From Minisyncoccota bacterium (GTDB lineage Bacteria; Patescibacteriota; Minisyncoccia; Phycocordibacterales; JABAAK01): a stretch of 64,000 nt of DNA. The stretch covers positions 10,632-74,631 of the forward strand of contig OZ241963.1 in NCBI GenBank assembly GCA_965204115.1, given 5' to 3'. This document shows positions 56,894 to 64,000 of this stretch, one piece after another (within the stretch, counting starts at the first letter, position 1; each line of letters starts with the position of its first letter). Both the position numbers and the translations under genes were made by a program. The notes beneath the pieces are model-generated. The model saw only the letters and a program-made list of their open reading frames with translations, made no database searches and was not told where the DNA came from.

Positions 56894-58303
56894 ATGTTGA
56901 AAGAAATTAGAATTGCTTTGATCGCTATTTGCTTAATTGTTGCTTTAATCGGTTGTGAAAATGTTAACCCCGTCAGCCCGACGGATATGGACGAGCCTAC
57001 AAGGATGGGGGAACTGAAATCAGACACTGCACTTACCCCCGCTTCGTCTAAGGAGTCGGGAATTCAGATTCTTGGCTATAAAGTCGCTGAGGTGGTCATG
57101 GGAGCTCCCTCATTTGTTGAAGACGAGGAAGAAACAGGAGATGTCCTTGCTGCCACGCACGCAGACGAGCCCGGCGGTAGTGAAACCATTGACCTGTCTT
57201 TGGAAGAAGGTCGTCACATCCCTCAGGGTTGCAATGTAGCCATTTTTGCTAACGGCAAAAACATCGGATCGGCGACAGCCAAGGAGAACATGACTGAGGC
57301 AACAATCCTCATCCCGGCTGAGGATCTTCCGGATGGCAGTGTCACCTTGGTCATTAGCATTGTTTGTAACGATGTTGTGGCCGCTTCGACCGCACTCACC
57401 ATAGAACGACCCACGATCTCTTCCCCGGCAGACCTCCTCCTCATCGATAGTGACGATGACGATGATGAGAAAGGTGGAGATGATGAGGAAGACGATGAGG
57501 ATTTCCTTGAGATAGACGATGTCTATCTTGGCGATACTCTTCGTGAGGTTATCCTTGAGTTTGAGAACCATGCTAACGCATATTCCTCTGTCAAGGAAAA
57601 TGTCATAATTGCCATCGATGGTAAGGAGTATGTGATCGTCCGCTATGATGAGAATGGCGACAAGGTCACGCTCATCCTGCGAAAAGACCTTCCTGCCGGC
57701 AAAAAAGTCACCGTCATCTATAACGGAGAAGGTGGCCTTGAAGGGCGCCCTGGCGGTGAACCGGTCGAAGAGTTCGAATTCACCTTCACCACTCCCGAGG
57801 CAGAGGTCCTCACTATCCGTGAGGCGATCGCCGCTCGTTCCTCGACCGTTATCCCGAAAGGGCTCTATCGTTCAGGATCAACGCTCCTCACCGCCCTTGA
57901 CCACTTCGGATACAAGGTGAGTGAATGGAGCCGGCAGATCCTGTCAAACCCTGCTTTCCCGGTCGAAAAAGAGGAAGGAGAAACTGAGGTCGTGTTTGTT
58001 ACTGCCGATGACCTTGGCCTCCAAGCCGGGTTTACCGGCAGTGATGTTATTGCGGCGACGCTGGCCGCTGGCTACACCCTGCTACCGCCGGAAACGGGAC
58101 CACAGGAACGGCTGATTTATCCTGATCAACCAGATAATGAGGTCGTGCTGATCGTAAGCATTCCGGTGTATAACCCCATCACAAAGCAGACCTACCTCTT
58201 CTTTGTTGCCCGTGAAGACGGCGTGTCTCCTGGGCGATGGATAACAGCTATTGAGGTAGGTAGCGAGGTTGGATACATCTTGTTCGCCGTTGGCGCGAAG
58301 TAG
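56894..58303 (+). CDS. Acidic putative lipoprotein, function unknown
   Basis: AAGGAG SD; lipobox-like LIG-C; Asp/Glu tract. Confidence 0.7.
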   Translation: MLKEIRIALIAICLIVALIGCENVNPVSPTDMDEPTRMGELKSDTALTPASSKESGIQILGYKVAEVVMGAPSFVEDEEETGDVLAATHADEPGGSETIDLSLEEGRHIPQGCNVAIFANGKNIGSATAKENMTEATILIPAEDLPDGSVTLVISIVCNDVVAASTALTIERPTISSPADLLLIDSDDDDDEKGGDDEEDDEDFLEIDDVYLGDTLREVILEFENHANAYSSVKENVIIAIDGKEYVIVRYDENGDKVTLILRKDLPAGKKVTVIYNGEGGLEGRPGGEPVEEFEFTFTTPEAEVLTIREAIAARSSTVIPKGLYRSGSTLLTALDHFGYKVSEWSRQILSNPAFPVEKEEGETEVVFVTADDLGLQAGFTGSDVIAATLAAGYTLLPPETGPQERLIYPDQPDNEVVLIVSIPVYNPITKQTYLFFVAREDGVSPGRWITAIEVGSEVGYILFAVGAK

Positions 58304-58327
58304 TTTTTTCTTTGTAAAAGTATCCAT

Positions 58328-58357
58328 AGGCGCGTTGCTTTATGCAATGCGCCTTTT
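58328..58357 (+). terminator. Intrinsic terminator
   Basis: aggcgcgttgc-tttat-gcaatgcgcct-tttc. Confidence 0.65.
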
Positions 58358-58432
58358 CTATTTTTCATACAATAAAACATCAATAAAAACAGCGTGTATA
58401 GGGTGAGGTTTTGGATATGCTACTATATACCT

Positions 58433-59212
58433 ATGGTACAAAGTAAGAACATAGCCCAGGAAATAGAGCGGGTTGGGGGGCACTATGCCGTGACAAATCG
58501 GTATCGGCATCCGTCGTTGGTGTCACTCATTGCAGGGAAGCAGGGGAATAGGGCAGTTTTTGCTGTTGAGAAGATTGCTGCGATGCTGGAGGAGACCCTC
58601 ACCTTTGTGGAGGAATGCGGCAAGAAGGGGCATGTTATCCTGTTTGTCTCAACCCGACAGGAGACAGTTGACCTGGTGAAGCAGACAGCGGAGAACCTCT
58701 CACTGCCGTATATGCTGAATCGCTGGATTGGCGGCACGCTCTCAAATTTTGTCAACATTAAAGGGCGCATCAGCAAAATGATCACCATGCAAAAAGAGAA
58801 AGACAGCGGTGCGTGGACTAAGTACACCAAGAAAGAGAAAGTGCTGCTCAATCGGGAACTTACCAAGCTGGAGAGCCGTTTCACCGGTATCGCGGCGCTG
58901 ACTGAGCTGCCGCAGGCGATTTTTGTGCTGGACACCCGAAAAGAGCACATCGCCGTTAAGGAGGCGAATGGTGCGGAGGTGCCCGTCATCGGCTTTTCCA
59001 CCGCTAATGCGGATTTACACCGCATTCAGCACCCTATCATAGCAAATATACATTCCCGGGAAGCCGTCACCTATATCCTCGGCCTGTTTGAGGCGGCCTA
59101 CAAGAAAGGGGTGAGTGCTAAGGGGGCGAAGCAGCCCGCCAGTGAGGCAAACGGTGGAAACAGCGGCAAAGCGAAAGAAAAATCGGGTAGCATACAGAAT
59201 AAACAGGTATAA
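58433..59212 (+). CDS. rpsB: 30S ribosomal protein S2 (divergent N-terminus)
   Basis: ILFVST…RWIGGTLSNF…AVKEA…PVI; upstream of tsf. Confidence 0.92.
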   Translation: MVQSKNIAQEIERVGGHYAVTNRYRHPSLVSLIAGKQGNRAVFAVEKIAAMLEETLTFVEECGKKGHVILFVSTRQETVDLVKQTAENLSLPYMLNRWIGGTLSNFVNIKGRISKMITMQKEKDSGAWTKYTKKEKVLLNRELTKLESRFTGIAALTELPQAIFVLDTRKEHIAVKEANGAEVPVIGFSTANADLHRIQHPIIANIHSREAVTYILGLFEAAYKKGVSAKGAKQPASEANGGNSGKAKEKSGSIQNKQV

Positions 59213-59214
59213 CT

Positions 59215-59796
59215 ATGGCAGATGTAGCAACAATAAAAAAGCTCAGAGATGAGACGGGGCACTCAATCTCAAAATGCAAAGAAGCGCTTGAGGAGTCGGG
59301 GGGCGATATGGACAAAGCCCGGGAGGTGCTGCGGGAAAAAGGGGCTGTTGCCGTGCAGAAAAAAGCAGATCGCGATCTTGGCTCCGGTGTCGTGCAATCC
59401 TACATACACACTACGAACCGTATCGGCACAATGGTGGAGCTTCTCTGTGAAACTGACTTCGTCGCCCGCAATGAAGAGTTCGTCACGCTGGCACGAGACA
59501 TCGCCATGCACTGCGCCGCGTTCCAGCCGCAGTATCTCTCCCGAGAGAGCGTCCCGGCAGAAGTGCTGGAGCAGATAACCACCGAGCTGAAAGAGGATAT
59601 AGATGCCGGTAAGCCGGCAGAAGTGCAGGAGACGGTACTCCAAGGGAAAGTAGACGCAAAACTCAAAGAAGTTACCCTCTTGGAGCAGGCATTTCTCAAG
59701 GATGATGCCCGCGTTATCAGCCAACTCATAGAAGAAGCGGTGCAAAAATTCGGCGAGCGTATAGAAATCGGTCGGTTTGTTGTCTGGGTGCTGTAG
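59215..59796 (+). CDS. tsf: Elongation factor Ts (short form)
   Basis: IKKLRDETG…CKEALEE…ELLCETDFVARN…KFGERIEIGRF. Confidence 0.95.
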   Translation: MADVATIKKLRDETGHSISKCKEALEESGGDMDKAREVLREKGAVAVQKKADRDLGSGVVQSYIHTTNRIGTMVELLCETDFVARNEEFVTLARDIAMHCAAFQPQYLSRESVPAEVLEQITTELKEDIDAGKPAEVQETVLQGKVDAKLKEVTLLEQAFLKDDARVISQLIEEAVQKFGERIEIGRFVVWVL

Positions 59797-59909
59797 TGCG
59801 TGTGCGGCACCTTCATTTTACACACCTTTGGTTATCCACAGGTCTTTTTAAGGGCTTGACATAGGAGTATATACTGGGTGTGTTAATAATTATAATTAAT
59901 TTTAATAAT

Positions 59910-60458
59910 ATGTTTAATATAAAAAATAAAGAAAGGGGTTTTACACTTATTGAGCTCCTGATTGTTATCGCCATCATTGGTGTATTGGCGGCGACGGTTG
60001 TTGTTTCTTTGGGAAGTCAAACAGACCAAGCGCAGAAGGGATCTACGAAAATAGGAGTATCAAGTATACGAAACTTGGCAACGGTTGCGGTTGCTGAGGG
60101 CGGGGTAGATGATGCGTCTGGTACAAAGCAGCCGTTGGGTCCTACTGGTGTCTGTCCGCTAATATATGACCAGGTGTCTGGAGAGAAAGGTGGTTGGGAT
60201 TGGGGGAAGCAGGGAACAGACAAGGCTGCCCAGTGTGGTGCCGATGCAGCTAATTCCACAGGAGAGATTTGTTGCGCTTCTGCAGATAAGGCTTGGGTGT
60301 TGTGGGGGCTCTTTGATGGTATAGGTAGGCCAGGTGGAAAAGTGTATTGTGTTGACAGCACTGGGTTTGCTGGTGAAATTACTTTGGGAGCAACAGTTAA
60401 TAACTCAACAAAGGTTGAGGATGGTGATCCTTCGAAGGCCGTAGTGACTTGCAAATAA
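59910..60458 (+). CDS. Type IV pilin-like protein
   Basis: G/FTLIELLIVIAIIGVLAA prepilin motif; YCVDSTG. Confidence 0.92.
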   Translation: MFNIKNKERGFTLIELLIVIAIIGVLAATVVVSLGSQTDQAQKGSTKIGVSSIRNLATVAVAEGGVDDASGTKQPLGPTGVCPLIYDQVSGEKGGWDWGKQGTDKAAQCGADAANSTGEICCASADKAWVLWGLFDGIGRPGGKVYCVDSTGFAGEITLGATVNNSTKVEDGDPSKAVVTCK

Positions 60459-60480
60459 AAATTATCTTGTATAAAAGCGT

Positions 60481-61062
60481 ATGGTAAAAATATCTCACAG
60501 CGGTAAGAGTGGAGATAAGGGTTTTACGCTTATTGAGTTGCTGATTGTTATTGCTATTATTGGTGTGTTAGCGGCGACAGTGTTGGTTTCGCTTGGTAGT
60601 CAGACAAACAGTGCGAGTAGTGGGTCAGTGAAGTTGGGTGTTTCAAGTTTGCGGACATTGGCACTTGTTGAAGTCACCATAGAGAGTTCAAAATTAACTG
60701 GACAAAAATTGTGTAACAACATATACGAAGATGTGTCTGGGGAAAAGGGTGCTTGGGAGTGGACTGAAATCCGACAATGTGAAGATGGTGATTTGATTGC
60801 AAGCGGTGGTTTTACCTCGAGTTCTGCTTCTGGGAGGGCAAGCGGGGAAAACGCTAAAGCAGGAGAGATTTGTTGCCATGCGAAAGACAAAAAATGGGTG
60901 GTTTGGGGTGCTCTTCCTGATGCGGACGGAAGGAATACTTCACCTGCGAAGACTGGTAAGGATGTTTATTGTGCTGACAGCAACGGCTTTTTGGGAGAGC
61001 TTGATCTTTCTGTTGCCGCAAATCTTAATACCGCCGCGGGTAAGGCGGAGTGTAGACCATAA
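60481..61062 (+). CDS. Type IV pilin-like protein, paralogue
   Basis: G/FTLIELLIVIAIIGVLAA; YCADSNG. Confidence 0.92.
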   Translation: MVKISHSGKSGDKGFTLIELLIVIAIIGVLAATVLVSLGSQTNSASSGSVKLGVSSLRTLALVEVTIESSKLTGQKLCNNIYEDVSGEKGAWEWTEIRQCEDGDLIASGGFTSSSASGRASGENAKAGEICCHAKDKKWVVWGALPDADGRNTSPAKTGKDVYCADSNGFLGELDLSVAANLNTAAGKAECRP

Positions 61063-61086
61063 CCTGACCACAACAACCACACAAAA

Positions 61087-61127
61087 AAAGAAAAAACAAG
61101 CGAACCCCTTTCGCTTGTTTTTTCTTT
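61087..61127 (+). terminator. Intrinsic terminator
   Basis: aaagaaaaaacaagcgaa-cccct-ttcgcttgttttttcttt. Confidence 0.8.
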
Positions 61128-61163
61128 CCCCCTGCGCAGTTCTGTATGTAGTACACTATATAT

Positions 61164-61523
61164 ATGACTGAAAAGGCGGAAAAAGAAAAACTCACTCAGA
61201 GAGAAGGCACTTTGTTGGGGTTGGGTGTGCTTATGGGTGTGTTTGGCGGTTTTGTTTCCGGTTATCTGGTGAAGTGGTCTGGAGATGCATTGTTGGAAAC
61301 CCCTTTGCTGGGAGCAATACTTGTTGCTGTTATATTTTTTTCCTTTTTTACCCTTATGCTTATTCTGTCACATGCTCATCAGGTAGAAGAAAGTAGCAAT
61401 TCTTTTGATTTTTTATTGTTGATCTTGAAGAGTAATTGGAGATGGTATGCATATTTCATTATCCCTCTCTGTGTTCTCGTATTTGCACACCTGTACATCA
61501 ACCCAGCCGCAGGTGTGGTGTAG
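61164..61523 (+). CDS. Small membrane protein
   Basis: Three hydrophobic segments. Confidence 0.6.
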   Translation: MTEKAEKEKLTQREGTLLGLGVLMGVFGGFVSGYLVKWSGDALLETPLLGAILVAVIFFSFFTLMLILSHAHQVEESSNSFDFLLLILKSNWRWYAYFIIPLCVLVFAHLYINPAAGVV

Positions 61524-61534
61524 TGCAATGCTCT

Positions 61535-62809
61535 CTAAAACCCGCTATAAAAGTTCTCAGTAATGGTTTTGTTGGTGTCGGTGTTGGAGATGTAGCAGGT
61601 GGTGAGTTTTTTGGTGTCTAGGATGGTGTTGGCGATGCGTTGGATGTCTTCGGGGGTGACGGCGAGGATGTTTTGTTTGTAGGTTTCGTTGTCTTCCGGC
61701 TTGCCGCTCTGGGCGTAGGCGTGCATTTGTTCGGACGCTATGGTGGTTTTGCTCTCTTGCTGCACGGCGTTGTAGCCAAGGAGGAATTCTTTTGCTTTTT
61801 GGAGCTCTGCGTCGGGTACGGGTGTCTTTTTGATGGTGGCGCACTCGTCGGCGATGGCTTCCATTACTTCTGTTGTTCTTTTTCCGGCGATGCCGGTGTA
61901 GATGGCGAATTCTCCGCTGTGGGTCATTAAGTCGATGAGGGTTCTGATGGTGTAGCAGGCGCCCAGTTTTTCGCGGACACGGAAGAATAGACGGGAGCTC
62001 ATGCAGCCGCCGAAGAGGACATCGAACACCTCCGTCGCGTAGCGATCTGCGCTGTTGTATGAGGGCGCATACCCCCCTATAACAATGTGTGTTTGCTCTA
62101 AATCGCCCCGTACGATGGCGAGATGGGTTTCTTTCGGCTCGGTGGGGGTTATGTCCACTTGCGGGATTTGCTCTCCTGTATTTGCGCTTTTGTAGAGCTC
62201 TTCCAGTTTTTGTAGCACGGTATCGCGGTCAAACTTGCCGGCGACGGATATGACGGTGTTTTTTGTGGTGTAGTGCCTCTGTAAAAAGTTGACGAAGTTG
62301 TCCCGAGAGAAGGAGGCAACGGACTCTTCTGTTCCCAGGATGGAGTGTTCTGCCGCGGTGCCGTGGAAGAGCAGGCGATTTACCTCGTCAAAGGCTCGCG
62401 AGGGCGGATCGTCCCGGTACATTGCTATTTCTTCAGTAATCACCCTTTTTTCTTTGTCCAGTTCGTTTTCGGGGAAGAGGGAGTGTAGAAAAATGTCGGC
62501 AGTGAGGGAAAGCATGTCCTGTAGCCGTTCTGCTCGCCCGGACATATGGTAGGCGGTGTATTCTCTGCCGGTGTAGGCGTTTGCCACGAGACCCGACTCA
62601 TCCATGCGGGTTACTAATTCTGAGTTCGTGGGATAGGTTTCTGTGCCTTTGAAGCACATATGCTCAAAGAAGTGCGCTAATCCATGCTCGTGCTTTGTTT
62701 CGTGGTTGGCGCCGATTGCCACGCCGACCAGTACACATACCGTTTCTGCCCGTTCATCCGGGCTTAGCAGCACGGTAATACCATTTTCCAGTGTTTGGGT
62801 TTCCGTCAT
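61535..62809 (-). CDS. M16 (pitrilysin-family) zinc peptidase
   Basis: GLAHFFEHMCFKGT (HxxEH), NAYT, SSRLF..VREK.G..Y. Confidence 0.93.
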   Translation of the reverse strand: MTETQTLENGITVLLSPDERAETVCVLVGVAIGANHETKHEHGLAHFFEHMCFKGTETYPTNSELVTRMDESGLVANAYTGREYTAYHMSGRAERLQDMLSLTADIFLHSLFPENELDKEKRVITEEIAMYRDDPPSRAFDEVNRLLFHGTAAEHSILGTEESVASFSRDNFVNFLQRHYTTKNTVISVAGKFDRDTVLQKLEELYKSANTGEQIPQVDITPTEPKETHLAIVRGDLEQTHIVIGGYAPSYNSADRYATEVFDVLFGGCMSSRLFFRVREKLGACYTIRTLIDLMTHSGEFAIYTGIAGKRTTEVMEAIADECATIKKTPVPDAELQKAKEFLLGYNAVQQESKTTIASEQMHAYAQSGKPEDNETYKQNILAVTPEDIQRIANTILDTKKLTTCYISNTDTNKTITENFYSGF

Positions 62810-62811
62810 AG

Positions 62812-63651
62812 TTATGCGCTCTTTTTCTTCATACTTTTGCCGCGTTTTTTTGCGTGTTGGTAGATCGCATAGAGTAGCGCGTAGAGTGTTGGCATGAAGA
62901 GGAATATTGTGACGAGGTCGTTAGTGAATGTGGAGAGGTCTTCCACGGATAGCGGTATTCCCAGTATGGAGAGTGCAGCAGGTATCAATGGGTGAATGAT
63001 TCCTGCGGCGATTGCGATAATAGCAATACTCAGCACGATCTTCCAGCCGACGGAACTCTTGGTAAGCGTGAATGATTTTTTGATGATAGCCCATGCCTGC
63101 TCTTTTTGTTGTTCTACCCAGATGAATGTTATAAACATACTGCGTATCAGTATCACCATTGGCAGAAGGAGGAGAGATGCTCCCAGTATGATGAATAGTG
63201 TTGCCAGACCTTCAGACGCTATTAGAGAGCCGAGAAAGATAGTTAGCATGCTTGGAATGCTGCCCGCAAGCAGTAACAGGGTAAAGAGCAGCTGCACCGG
63301 AATTGATCTTAGCCCTTTTGTGATGCCGAATCCGACTGCCTCCGTAAATGACTTGTTGTTAATCAGTATTGTGGAAATTGAGGCGGTAGTGATGATTGCG
63401 ATGAGTAGTATCAATAGTGCTGTTAGCATGCTTGTGCCGATGAGCGGCGCAAAAAAGGTGAGGGATAGGGTTGCGTCGGCAAAATATGCTGTGGCATCAG
63501 CGGCGGAGTAGTTGAGGTCGATGAGCGCTTCCATTGCAACGATCACGGCAATATTTGCGAGCGTGCTTATTAGGGAGACACCGACAATGCGACCGTATGT
63601 TGCGGTAAATATTTTTTTCGCTTGAGCGGGAATGCTGGTGGTTTTTTTCAT
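62812..63651 (-). CDS. Multi-pass membrane protein
   Basis: About six TM segments; IKKSFTLTK pattern. Confidence 0.7.
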   Translation of the reverse strand: MKKTTSIPAQAKKIFTATYGRIVGVSLISTLANIAVIVAMEALIDLNYSAADATAYFADATLSLTFFAPLIGTSMLTALLILLIAIITTASISTILINNKSFTEAVGFGITKGLRSIPVQLLFTLLLLAGSIPSMLTIFLGSLIASEGLATLFIILGASLLLLPMVILIRSMFITFIWVEQQKEQAWAIIKKSFTLTKSSVGWKIVLSIAIIAIAAGIIHPLIPAALSILGIPLSVEDLSTFTNDLVTIFLFMPTLYALLYAIYQHAKKRGKSMKKKSA

Positions 63652-63731
63652 AGATGGTTTTGTATAGAACGGTAATAACGAAACACGCGAGACACTGCAT
63701 CGCTGTTTATCATAGTATACTACCAAAAAAG

Positions 63732-64000
63732 ATGTTTATGATCACTGAGTTTTTGTTTTTGACTATTTTGTGTATAGATTTATTTTTTATATACCTCGCG
63801 TGGCGATTCGGTAAACTGTACCTTGCGGTCATACTGGTTATGAACATCGTCCTCACCGTGATCTTTGCCGGTCAGATTGTGGAACTGTTCGGTGCCATGG
63901 TCGGCTTGAGCGCGTTGTTCTATGCGCCTGTCTTTGTGATTACGAATATTGTCAATGAGCGGTACGGTAAGAAGGAGGCGGAGAAAATGATGCGCATCGG
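63732..64000 (+). CDS. Queuosine-precursor transporter (VUT/YhhQ family), 5' part, runs off the window
   Basis: Hand translation MFMITEFLFL…NIV…VELFG…FVITNIVNERYGKKEA matches the T..V.E.YGK..A signature. Confidence 0.72.
   Translation, partial: MFMITEFLFLTILCIDLFFIYLAWRFGKLYLAVILVMNIVLTVIFAGQIVELFGAMVGLSALFYAPVFVITNIVNERYGKKEAEKMMRI

Noticed and set aside
24476-59840. DnaA-box-like TTATCCACA at ~24476 (reverse), ~25241 and ~59832 as an origin
   Set aside because: Isolated single boxes, not clustered, with no dnaA/dnaN nearby
63652-63731. PreQ1 riboswitch upstream of the VUT/YhhQ transporter
   Set aside because: No recognisable preQ1 stem-loop or conserved loop sequence; the region is a short divergent promoter
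1-64000. CRISPR array or cas genes
   Set aside because: No run of equal-length repeats with unique spacers was seen; the periodic repeats found are intragenic and in-frame

Overview
Chromosomal window from a Patescibacteria/CPR (Parcubacteria-like) bacterium using genetic code 11. The assignment is inferred from the contiguous infA-rpmJ-rpsM-rpsK-rpsD-rpoA-rplQ-rplM-rpsI block, rpsP-khpA-trmD without rimM, a short EF-Ts, a class I aldolase, tandem type IV pilins and mostly SD-less starts. The left part (1-29.2 kb, downstream of tRNA-Val) is an accessory region. It holds two subtilases sharing an identical 698-bp 5' end, a degenerate subtilase-like gene, a P-domain/trypsin-like protease, an FN3 surface protein, a ~3100-aa Ig-repeat surface protein, two RelE/YafQ-type TA pairs, a Doc-type TA pair and two DUF3800 genes. 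The middle (31-38.5 kb, downstream of tRNA-Ala) is a defence-like block: MTase-HNH, an MjaI-type RM pair and an AT-rich two-gene unit. The right part is mostly housekeeping. Best candidate system: each DUF3800 gene (RNase H-like acidic motifs) faces a convergent, near-consensus sigma70 promoter that drives a ~70-75 nt multi-hairpin RNA. Each gene+RNA unit (~0.9-1.1 kb) is bracketed by a direct repeat of the flanking host sequence. A third, unrelated cassette is also bracketed by a duplicated gene 3' end, and no integrase is visible in the window. All product calls come from motif recognition by eye, not from database searches.
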